Source: Psammoneis japonica (Eukaryota). From it: DNA of 53,784 nucleotides. Of this stretch, positions 10,299 through 20,340 are shown piece by piece (position 1 is the first letter of the stretch; each line of letters starts with the position of its first letter). The position numbers and the translations under genes are program-made. The DNA is taken from positions 1 through 53,784 of the forward strand of contig QPGO01000328.1 in assembly GCA_008632985.1 (NCBI GenBank), written 5' to 3'. The notes beneath the pieces were generated by a model that did not search any database, had not been told where the DNA came from, and saw only the letters and a list, made by a program, of their open reading frames with translations.

Positions 10299-13200
10299 TC
10301 ATTTCTCCTTGTCTTGCTTCCTGCGTTTGTCTGGGTGAAGCTGGATCACTTTGTTGGACAGGAAACAATTCGGCCAGTCATTGTGTCTGTCTGTGACAAA
10401 CAACATTGAGCTCAAGTGTCCCAATGCTTCAACATTGTCTTCATTGCAGTTGTCAGGAACAAGGACAGAGAAACCACCCGCTGCCATTGCGTCTCTGCCA
10501 GCACACTGAAATTTTGGGATCATCTGAGACTCTCTGCCACGACCAACAATTGTTGTTTCAAGTTCCCAGTGCTCAACCACACCGTTGGAAGACTTGTCAC
10601 GCAACGTCTTTGTCTGTTTCTTGCATGACTGTCCTGTGGCAAGCGGCGTTGTTCCGTCATCAGCCAACACAAAACCATGGAGCACAAATGGGTGCCTTTT
10701 TTTCTGACTGGTTCCCTCTTCATTCAAGACCCTGGGTGTGTTGCACCACAACCCATTGTTGTTGCAATTGGGGTGTCCACACATTAAAATCCCTTTCTCT
10801 GGTGTGGCAAACTCCGAGCAAACAACTGCTTCATCACACTTGACGGAAAGTTCCTCCGTTGGCGACAACAAAAACTCAAGCAGGGTGGAGTCCAATTCTG
10901 CAGTTTCCGGGATGACACGGATCTTGTTGCTGCCTGAACACTGACAGCAAGTTCATGTGGTTCTGTTCACAACAAACAAGGGGTGCATCAATTTTTCTTC
11001 AGAGGAATTTACGCTCGCCTGTCCAACCGTGGAAGGGATGAGAAGGCTGTGTGCCTTCTCAAGAACTGCCATGTCATGCAGACGCACAATGAGTTGGTCC
11101 AAGAAATTGTCTGCACCCAGTGCAACCTGGCAAGTTTTTGCCGGAAGCTCAGCACAGAACTTCAGGTGACTCTCTCCAATCATGGCAGAGAAATTTGCAA
11201 TCTGGCCACAAAGGAAAGAGTCGACAACGAGATGCAGCACAGAGTGGAACTTGGCAGTCCAGAACAAACGAGTGTTCCTTGCACGACGAAGGCATGCTTT
11301 TGTCTTGAACATGAGCAAGACGACTCGGCACTTGAAATCCACCTTTCCTGTTTTTCCACAGAGTCCCTTTCCATGCAGACAAAACAAATGGAAAAGCAGC
11401 GCATGATGCAACAAGTCCAACAATTCATCGACTCCACAATCAACGGATTTTTCGGCTGTCGTTTCGTCATCTGCCATCTTCATAAAAGCTTGAGGAAGTT
11501 TGTTTTCTATTTCCGCACAGATGACAGTGCTTGGCAGTTTTGACTTGGTGAGCAGATGGTGCCGTCCATCCGCACACCTTGCAAAGTTGCCCCAATCATC
11601 TGCCGATTCAACAACAAGACCATGTGGTCCGGGTGTCGACAATTGTTCAGGTGAAGTCTCAACAGCCCGTTGTTTCCATCTCAATGATTTTGTTTCGTCC
11701 CATGCAATCTTCTGGCACAACAAAAAGCGATCGTTGTCTGGTTGCTTGGAAAATGGTTCCCAAAATTCAGAAAGGCCGTGACGATGCATCTGTTGCATCA
11801 CACAGTTTTGGTGATGAAGATCGGATGGGCCGCAGGCAACATCAGACCATGTCTCCTCTTTAGGAAGTGCAGCCGGCACATTCTCATCAACCTGGCTTGT
11901 GTTTGTTGTGCTGGTTTGTTCATTGGATGGTTCAACGGGCTCAGTGTCCTCATCTTGGGTTCACTTTCTGACGATTTGGTCAATTGTTCATCTTGTTGCT
12001 TCTTTCCTTTAAAGCCATCAGCCGTCTTTTTCTTTTTGCTGTCAAAGGATGGATCGCACCTTTTTTCCAGCAGTTTTCTACCAGCATGTGTGTGACCAAT
12101 GATTGCAAGTGCAAGAAGCTTTCCCATCTTTTTGTCACATGCAAGTTGACTGAGTGTGGAAAGTCCCCCATCAATTTGAATTCACGGGCAGTCACGTCTC
12201 TGACCTGGACGACAATGGGATGTGCAGAATGACTCAGATGCAATCCGGTCGCATTCCTCTTTCTGTTTGGTGGACATCTCTCCAATGATTGCCTCCATCA
12301 TTTGAGGGACAATGCCAGCCTCCAATGCATGCATCATGTCAGCAACGGTCATGCCAAATGCACCACATGGGTTGTCGCCCATGTCAAGTGGAAAGTGAGC
12401 ATTGTCCACTGCGTGCTGTCCAAACACTTTTCTCAAAATTTTGGAGCATGCAGTCATTCGGCGAATGAGGGATGAAGCCAGCTCAGTCTCAGCCTTTTTT
12501 TTGATGTCATTGCACGATGTTTCCGGGAAACGCTTTTGACATGCTGGTGCCAACGGCTGTTGTCATCCTCTGGATCTGGACCCAATGCAGCTGCAGCGAG
12601 CAACTCTGTGAAAGCTTGGTTGCAAAATTGGCAGACATGGCTCTTCCACAAATGCGTTCTTGATTGAGGATGTTCCCCAACAGGGAGTTGCAATGCATCA
12701 CAGCTCTGACATGGCGGCATTGAGTGCCTGTTGTTGCACGAACAATGGGTGGATTCGCCTGGCAATGAAGCAGACCATGGAGAGCCTCCTTGAGAATGCG
12801 GCGACAGTTGGCAACAACAAGGCACCCAAGCTTGTCTTTCTTGTCTTTCTTGTCCAAATTGGGTGTGAATCCAAGTGGACGCCAACAACGACAGTCACGG
12901 CATGCTTCCTCTTGAATCATGGTGAGTGAGCGCATTGCAGGCTCCATCCCGTGAGGATTGACCGCACCAACTCCGGTCTTGTCCGAGTGATTGACAAGGT
13001 GAATGTGAAAATCTGATGCCGTTTCCTTGGTGTTGGAGCAACGTTGTTGCCACTCGCCGTCACCCATGTCTTGACTTTGAGTGGACAATTGCCAGTCACC
13101 AGGACAATCCGGGAATGACATCTCAACACCGTCAGCCTGGCCAGCACTGGGATCCAAATCGCCGTCAGTGGGGGGTGGCACACAAGGTGACCAGACATCA

Positions 13201-14514
13201 TTTGGATTGACCTGCAACTTGGAAAGATCACGGAACACTGGCTTGGTGAAGAGATCCTGCAAGGTCTCGGTGAAACTGCAAACCGGAAAAGGTGGGGAGC
13301 GATGACATTTGGGTCCGTCCTTCTGTTGCTGTGTTGGATTGTTGCATTCTAGCATCACAGCAGCAGTGCGGGGGAGAGGAACATTGGGAAATGACCCCAG
13401 GAGTTGCTTCATCGCCACGGCGGTCGTGATGGGTGGCTTTGTCAAATCCAGTCTTTTTTCTGCATGCTCTTCATGCAAAATTCTCACCACTTTGTCAATG
13501 AAGTCAATTGCAACACCTGGCCGACAACACAAATGCAGCAAACGCACCATGGGTGCAATGCTGGGTGAGCAGACTGGAGGCACATCAAAATCCTCATCGG
13601 GTGCAACATCACGCGGTGGGCCAAGAGGGTTGTGTTGATCGAGGGAGGAAACAGGATCTTCTGTTGGACGGGAAATTGAGGGGGGGGCCACAACTGCCAT
13701 CGCGATGGTCGGCTCCAATGAACTCAGGAACATCCACAGGACTGTCCTCTCCAAGGGCGGACACACCATCATCTGCAAACAAAACAAATCGGCGGGCATT
13801 TTGGGAGGCTGCGCTGGCGGCAGCAGCATTGGCGGCTGAACGCAATCGACCAGAGCATCTGACGGAGGGTGGGCGCAGTCCACTTCTGGCAGAGGGAGGA
13901 CAAGCTGGAGAAGAATTGTCCGTTGGTTTGGGAGGAGATGGAGCTGGATTCCAAAGGACTTCGGGGAGGGGAGGAGGGGGTTCGTCGTCAGAGAAACCAA
14001 ACCCAGCAGGATCATCATGGTCATCCAGTGATTCATCGTCTGGAGGGGGAAGTGCATTGGTGGCAGCAGAAGATGCAGCATGCAGGCGAAGGGACATTTC
14101 CTCCTTTTCACGGCAGGGCAAGCACTTCTGTAGATGAAGGGCGACGTTGGAAAAGGGGACACGGCAATGGGGGCATTTGGGTTTGTTGGTGTTGGATCCA
14201 AGGGAGCCGACAGAGGCGGAATCCAGAGGATGAGAGGAAAGAGGTGTTCTGCTGGATGAAGAAGACAATTGGGCTGCATGGCACAGCTGTGTCAATGGGG
14301 GATGGAGACCAGATGCTGTGGTGCAGGGCCGAGACAGGTGACGCTGCACGTTGTTTTCAGAGTCAAGTCCATGTTGTCCACAATGAGGACAACCAAAAGA
14401 CTTGGTGGAAATGGCAGAACGGAGGCAGTCAGTTGTGATGTGCCTGCTGAGGCCACATTCGGAAAAGAAACCGGTTTGTTTGCACCATGGACAAACAAGA
14501 CCATCAGATGACAT
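10299..14514 (-). pseudogene. Plavaka-family transposase with N-terminal C2H2-like zinc fingers, fragmented
   Basis: ATG at 14514 (MSSDGLVCPWC) is followed by three CxxC..H fingers. Core motifs are NHSDKTGVG..EP..SLT..WRPLGFTP, DNAHFPLDMGDNPCGAFG..DMMHALEAG and WTAKFH..LH...CGQIANF..GESHLK..PAKTCQ. Confidence 0.75.
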
Positions 14515-14932
14515 GGCCGATGCACACAGATGAAGGAGTTGAGAAGAGAATCGAAAGGAAACAGCGGGTGCAGCAACAATCACTTGGGGACACAGTGAGG
14601 GCAGAAACACAGAGACACAACATGCAGATGGATGGGAAGGAAGGATGGAGTGGGCAGGGAGAGAAAATTGAGAAGACAATTAGAGTCTAGATTGATGGAC
14701 ACAGGCAGCAATTTTGATCCAGAAAGTTGATCAACACACAATCCAGAAACAAAAACAGAATTAAACACGCACACAAGGCTTGTCGGATGGGGGAGCAAAT
14801 GGTTGAATTGAGGAACACAGATGTTTGTTGTTGAACATTTCAGAAAAGCTGACTTGACAAATCAGCACGATCTTGGATTGAAGGGAGAAAATGTCGGGTT
14901 TTGTTTCAAGAAATCTTGACGGCCAGTGCGAC

Positions 14933-14957
14933 ACCTGGATTGTTGGTGTCCCAGATG
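14933..14957 (-). repeat. Right terminal inverted repeat
   Basis: The reverse complement matches 1099-1123 at 22/25. It is followed by the ATG duplication and the resumed satellite. Confidence 0.85.
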
Positions 14958-15584
14958 ATGTTTGTTTTCCCAAAAAAGACATGTTTGTTTTCTTTGAAAC
15001 AACATGTTTGTTTTTCCTTAAAAGAACATGTTTGTTTTCCTTGAAACAACATGTTTGTTTTTGTTGAAACGACGTGTTTCTTTTCCTTGAAATGACACGC
15101 TTCTTTTCCTTGAAAAGACATGTTTGTTTTTCTTAAAAACACATGTTTGTTTTCCTTGAAATGACATGTTTGTTTCCTTGAAAACACATGTTTGTTTTCC
15201 TTGAAACAACATGTTTGTTTTCCTTGAAAAGACATGTTTGTTTTCCCAAAAAAGACATGTTTGTTTTCTTTGAAACAACATGTTTGTTTTTCCTTAAAAG
15301 AACATGTTTGTTTTCCTTGAAAGAACATGTTTGTTTTCCTTGAAATGACATGTTTGTTTTCCTTGCAACAACTTGTTTGTTTTCCTTGCAACAACTCATT
15401 TGTTTTCCTTGCAACAACTTGCTCTTCGATTTCTTTGAAAGAACATGTTTGTTTTCCTTGAAACAACATGTTTGTTTTCCTTGAAATGACCTGGTTGTTT
15501 TCCTTGAAACAACATGTTTGTTTTCTTTGAAACAACATGTTTGTTTTTCTTGAAATGACATGTTTGGTTTCACTGAAATGACAT
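14958..15584. repeat. 23-bp tandem satellite, array 2 (continuation of array 1)
   Basis: Same unit and orientation as 725-1098, about 27 units. Confidence 0.95.
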
Positions 15585-15649
15585 CACAAGAAAGACAGCG
15601 CAGAACTTTCTCCACACTGCCCAGGCTCTTGTTCCTGGTTTCTGCTGCT

Positions 15650-17911
15650 CAATGTTGTTCAAAGTGCCGGCGCCACTCGGGAGCAAAGGATCTCCTGCCA
15701 TCTTTGCAGCATCCAATGGCAAGGCATCTGCCAGAGCAACATCCGACATGGGCAACACCTGCAGGTGCAAATGACAACAATTGGTCCGTCGGACCTCGCA
15801 CTGAGAAAAGAGTTGGGGCTGGAGTGCAGCATCCATGATGCACTGGTTGTTGTCTCATTGGAGAGGAAGGGCTCCAGAGTGTGTCAGGCAAACTTTCCCT
15901 TGAATTCTGCGCAAGAGTGCACTGACGGAAGCAAACCAACATGATTCCATGTGCGGGAGAACAGCATCTGCATCCCACAAGAAGCCCCCGCCTGTCCCCA
16001 AGTTCAGTTGGACACATGAGACTGCAATGTGCAGCAATTTGTGGGGTTGGTCCTCTCCCAGATGAAGATGTGTGACACCTCTGGAATGCTTGAGCAGCAT
16101 CTGCAATTGAGCAACTCCTTGTTTGATGTCTGGCAATCGAAAACCGCCACAGCCAAGAGCTTGTGGACCACACAAGATGAGTTGTTTTGTGCTTCAGTTG
16201 CACCCACATTTGGCAAATGTGACCCTCGTTGCTTTCTGTTGAGCGGCAAGCAACTCTTCAGGGAGAAAGGTCAAGTCAGTGAGAACACAGGTCATTGAGG
16301 AGAGATGACATGCATGGCAGCATCTCTGTGTTTCCGCATGATCAAGTGGACAAGATCGCTCTTGTGTTGGAGTTTCTTCAACTGAGTTTTCTGGGCACCA
16401 ATTGGAGCCAAGCAGTGTCCAAGGGTTTTGTGCAGAGCACAAGCTGAGAGAGTTGAGTGCCAGAGTGGGGACTTGGGCCTGTCCGCAGAGAAAATTTTGC
16501 CGCCAAGGTTTTTTCATGGTGAGGGCGAATGCATGGCTCTCCGCACTCAGTGAAATCCCACTCAACAGTGTGGAAAGAACACTTTGGCAGCTCAAGTTCA
16601 TGCCCAGCTGCACCCAGCAAATCACACCAGAGTTGATTGTCCTGTTGCAAAAAAAAGGACAGATCAAATGCACAAGGTTGAGGACTTGCTCGGAAGTCAT
16701 TGACTTGTTTGGACGCATCATCTGCACATCCTCGATCAAAGACTTGGATGCAAAATTGGCCGTCAGGGGTTTCAAAATGAGCTCCAATCACTCTGGCATC
16801 AAAAATGTCAAAAAAAATGGCTGCAGAGGGTGTTCCAATGCCACAGGGAATTTCCGCCACCTTGCCCTGTGCCGCACAGAGGCAAATCTTCTGTGTGGGA
16901 GCAACTCAGCTGGGCTGAGCCCAACAGGGTTTGCAGCCAGTGCCTGGCATGATGCAGAGTGCCCATGTTGACTTCAACAACTTGCAAGTGCACGCCGTTG
17001 CTCCAAGAGCAAAGTTCGACCAGCGTGGGAATGTTTCTGTCAAAGCAAGAGGTGCAATCATCATCGCTCATCAGCATTGTCTTTTGAGAAGCACACGACA
17101 TTTCTGACATCAAGTTCTCAAGAAACATGAAAGTCTGGGCAGAAAAAAATGAGTGGCATCCACAAATGCCGGGATTGCACATCCAACGGTGCTCCATTTG
17201 CTGTGCCAATTCTTGCCATTTTGCACTCGTGATGATTTGATGGTCTGCTTTGCACACGTGTGAGACCCGCAGTTGATGGATTTTGTTGTTCCCTTGTTCT
17301 TTAAAGATCGTCATGTTGACAATGTCTTTCCAATGGCTGTGCGAGCATCCCCACTTCAAAGCACAGTCAACGAGGTGAAGCCGTGTCGCAAATGAGGTTT
17401 GCTGTGCCTGGCCCAGGTGCAGTTTGGTTGGAGTCAGATTTCCTTGAGCGTCTTGATCTTTGGAGTGTGAATGAGGGGCATGCAGAGCCTTCCAATGGCC
17501 AAGATGTGGTCCTGATTTCAGCAAGGCAGATGTTGATTCAGGCCATGTCTTCAATTTAGACAACAAAGTGGTGGGAGACAAAGAATTGCTCACAGCTGGA
17601 GGTGTGCATTGACGGAGGTGCTGGACAAGCAACGAGGCAGCAAGATTCAATTGACTGGTGTCATGTTCCCCATTCAACATCAGCTCTGCCATGATGGTGT
17701 TCCCTTCATGCCCCAAGTCCACGGACAGGGGAGGGACAGCAGGAGGTGCACCTTTGGCCTGTCCAAAATGATGTTGACTCTGTGTCTGAAGTGCTGCTGC
17801 TGCATCCTCTGGAGTGTCTGCTGTCATCCAATGTTTGCATGTCTTGGATTGTCTTGAGGATTGGCTGGCACTTGAATGGTCTTGATGCTTGAATCTGCTT
17901 TCTCCTTGCAA
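15650..17911 (-). mobile_element. Non-LTR retrotransposon (diatom LINE, Ambal-like) reverse transcriptase remnant
   Basis: Motifs SGPHLGHWKAL, WKDIVNMTIFKEQGNNKIHQLRVSHVCKADH, DCTSCFDR, LCGTGQGGGNS, GCADD (YADD), QLWCDLL..GHELELPKC and CGPQALGCGGF..QG..LKH. ORF 16808..17911 has no Tyr in 367 aa. The clade name is tentative. Confidence 0.8.
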
Positions 17912-17939
17912 GCGTCAATCTTTCGGAGCACTCTCTTTG

Positions 17940-18600
17940 TCTCTTCTGCTTCCGCACATTGCAGTTTGCAGTGGAGACTGCTGTTGGATGAAAACACGCC
18001 AAGATCCAGCAGCCGGTTTGTGTGGCTGTTCTTCAGTCTTCCAGCCTTCCATGCTTGCTTTTGCGTGTCCAACCAATGTCCAAGTCTCTCTCCATTTTCA
18101 ATGTGAAATGGGGCACTTTTCAGCTTCTCTTGTGCAAAACGAAAAAATTTGAGAAGAGAAAACACAGTTTCTCAATGCTCAGCCAGAATGTCCCAATTGG
18201 CTCAGGCCTTTTTCAGTTGTTCCTGTTGAGAAGCGTCAATTTTCCTTTTCCTTGTGGCACCCCGTTGGTCATTTGGCCATTTTCCAAAGTTCTCCCCATC
18301 CTCTTTGTGGCCCCTTGGCATGTTGCAATGTCCCTCCCATTTTGTGAATTGCTTGAGAAGAGAGGGCATTGTGCCCCATTGATTTTCCCACAAGAGCCAC
18401 TCAACACTGGCCTCCTCAAGTTTTTCTTCTTTTTCAATGCCGAGCTTGCTGAGCTTGTGTTTTGTGGCCATTGGTTGTCCAACCAAATTCCAAGAGCAAA
18501 GCCATCCTCAGCACATTTGCTGGGAACATTGCATCTGCCTTCTCTCTCCAAGCAAACCAAGAGCAGGCTGCAAGCACAACACGGCGCTAATTTCAGCAAC
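17940..18600 (-). pseudogene. Helicase-associated (HA) domain repeat protein remnant
   Basis: Three HA-like units: EREGRCNVP..EDGFALGIWLDNQ; WEGHCNMPRGHKEDGENFGKWPNDQR; ENGERLGHWLDTQKQAWKAGRL..RLLDLG. Confidence 0.75.
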
Positions 18601-18702
18601 ACAGCATCATGGAAATGTGCTCTTTGTGCCAGAGGCATGTGTTTGTGAACAACATGGTTCGATGGCAGCACTGCCAACAGATGCTCTCTTTTTTCTTTTT
18701 TG

Positions 18703-19087
18703 CATGTTTGTTTTCCTTGAAATGACATGTTTGTTTTCCTTGAAAGAACATGTCAGTTTTCCTTGAAACAACACGTTTGTTTTCCTTGAAACGGCGCGTT
18801 TGTTTTCCTTGAAAAGACATGTTTGTTTTCCTTGAAACGACACGTTTGTTTTCCTTGAAAGGACATGTTTGTTTTCCTTGAAACAACGTGTTTGTTTTCC
18901 TTGAAAAACATGTTTGTTTTCCTTGAAAAAACATGTTTGTTTTCCTTCAAAGGACATGTTTGTTTTCCTTGAAAAGACATGTTTGTTTTCCTTCAAAGGA
19001 CATGTTTGTTTTCCTTGAAAAGACGTGTTTGTTTTCCTTGAAAGAACTTGCATGTTTGTTTTCCTTGAAAGAACTTGCATGTTTTCC
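18703..19087. repeat. 23-bp tandem satellite, array 3
   Basis: Same unit and orientation as arrays 1 and 2, about 16 units. Confidence 0.95.
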
Positions 19088-19544
19088 TCCCCAGGATGAC
19101 AAAATGTGTTGTCCATTGTGGATGAACAGAGTGACTGTGAGGCTCACACAATGGGCACAGATGGGAAGCTGAGCACTCCACGAGTGCCGTGGTGACAGGT
19201 CCACGCAGTCAACCAGCAAATGGGAGGCCACCCCATGCTGTTTTGTCTGAATGAGCACATGCTCTGGGCTCAATGCCCCACACTGCTGTGTCCAACACCT
19301 GTTGCACATGTTGGGAACTGATGTGTTTGCAAGTGTGACGCCATTTCCACCACAGCAATTCTCATTGTTCTCATTTTGGAGCAAATTTTCTGCATGCATG
19401 TGCAGAACCCAGCACCCTTTCTGCTGCTGACACCCATGTGGTTCTGCACAGCAACGAACAATTGCTTGTGTCATTTGTTTCATGCCCGCAAAATGGCTCA
19501 ACAACAGATCTTGGCTCTGACAAAGCGAGCAAATGCAGGTCATT

Positions 19545-20340
19545 GATTGAGGGTGCCCGCCCTTGGCTGAGGGTGCCCACCCTTGATTGAGGGCACACCA
19601 TGATCAAATTTGTGGCGGTGCATGTTTTGAGATTTGAGCATGCCGCAATCTTCATCCAAGGGAGGTGTTTTGTCTTTGCAGGTGTTTGAATCAAGATTCA
19701 GAGGACAGAGGGCGGGCTGCCAACCTGACACATGCGCTGGCAATTGTTTGAAAGTTCTGTGCATCCCATGGAGTCTGAGCTGAAACAAAATCTTGGCAAC
19801 AGCAAGGCACTTGAACAAAGAGTGTGCTCCTGTTCTCCACACATTTTGGCCCTCAAATGAGGGTGCCCACCCTCAATTGAGGGTGCTCACCCTTGACTGA
19901 GGGTGCCCACCCTCAATTGAGGGCACACCATGATCAAACCAAGGGCGACCCATGATTTGAGATTTGAGCGTGCCACAATCTGCATCAGAGGGAGGTGTTT
20001 TGTCTTTGCATCTGTTTGAATCAAGATTTGTGGGATGGGCTGCCAACCTGACATGCACGGCAATTGTTGGAAAGTTCCTTGCATCGCATGGAGTCTGAGC
20101 TGAAACAAAATCTTGGCAACAGCAAGGCACTTGAACAAAGAGTGTGCTCCTGTTCTCCGCACATTTTTGCCCTCAAATGAGGGTGCTCACCCTCATTTGA
20201 GGGTGCTCACCCTTGACCGAGTGTGCCTGCCCTTGATTGAGGGCATGCCATGATCAAAAAAAGGGCGGCGCATGATTTGAGATTTTGGTGTGCCATGATC
20301 TGTGTCCGAGGGAGGTGTTTTGTCTTTGCATCTGTTTCAG
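19545..20340. repeat. ~320-330-bp tandem repeat (about 2.5 copies) with nested 20-bp quasi-palindromes
   Basis: GGGCAyrCCATGATCAAA occurs at 19591, 19921 and 20241. Each is preceded by several TGAGGGTGCCCACCCTCAAT-like units. Confidence 0.85.

Larger units (their letters stand above)
1099..14957 (-). mobile_element. ~13.9 kb Plavaka-type (CACTA/CMC-related) DNA transposon with cargo genes
   Basis: TIRs at 1099-1123 and 14933-14957 match at 22/25. ATG is duplicated at 1096-1098 and 14958-14960. Removing the element restores one satellite unit. A Plavaka-like transposase lies on the minus strand. Confidence 0.85.

Noticed and set aside
725..15584. CRISPR-like appearance of the short repeats
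   Set aside because: The units are head-to-tail with no unique spacers, there are no cas genes, and the context is eukaryotic.
636..19181. ORFs such as MSFQGKQTCLFKENKHVFSRKTN at 636-1138, 14906-15615 and 18593-19181
   Set aside because: They are translations of the 23-bp satellite in rotating frames, not genes.
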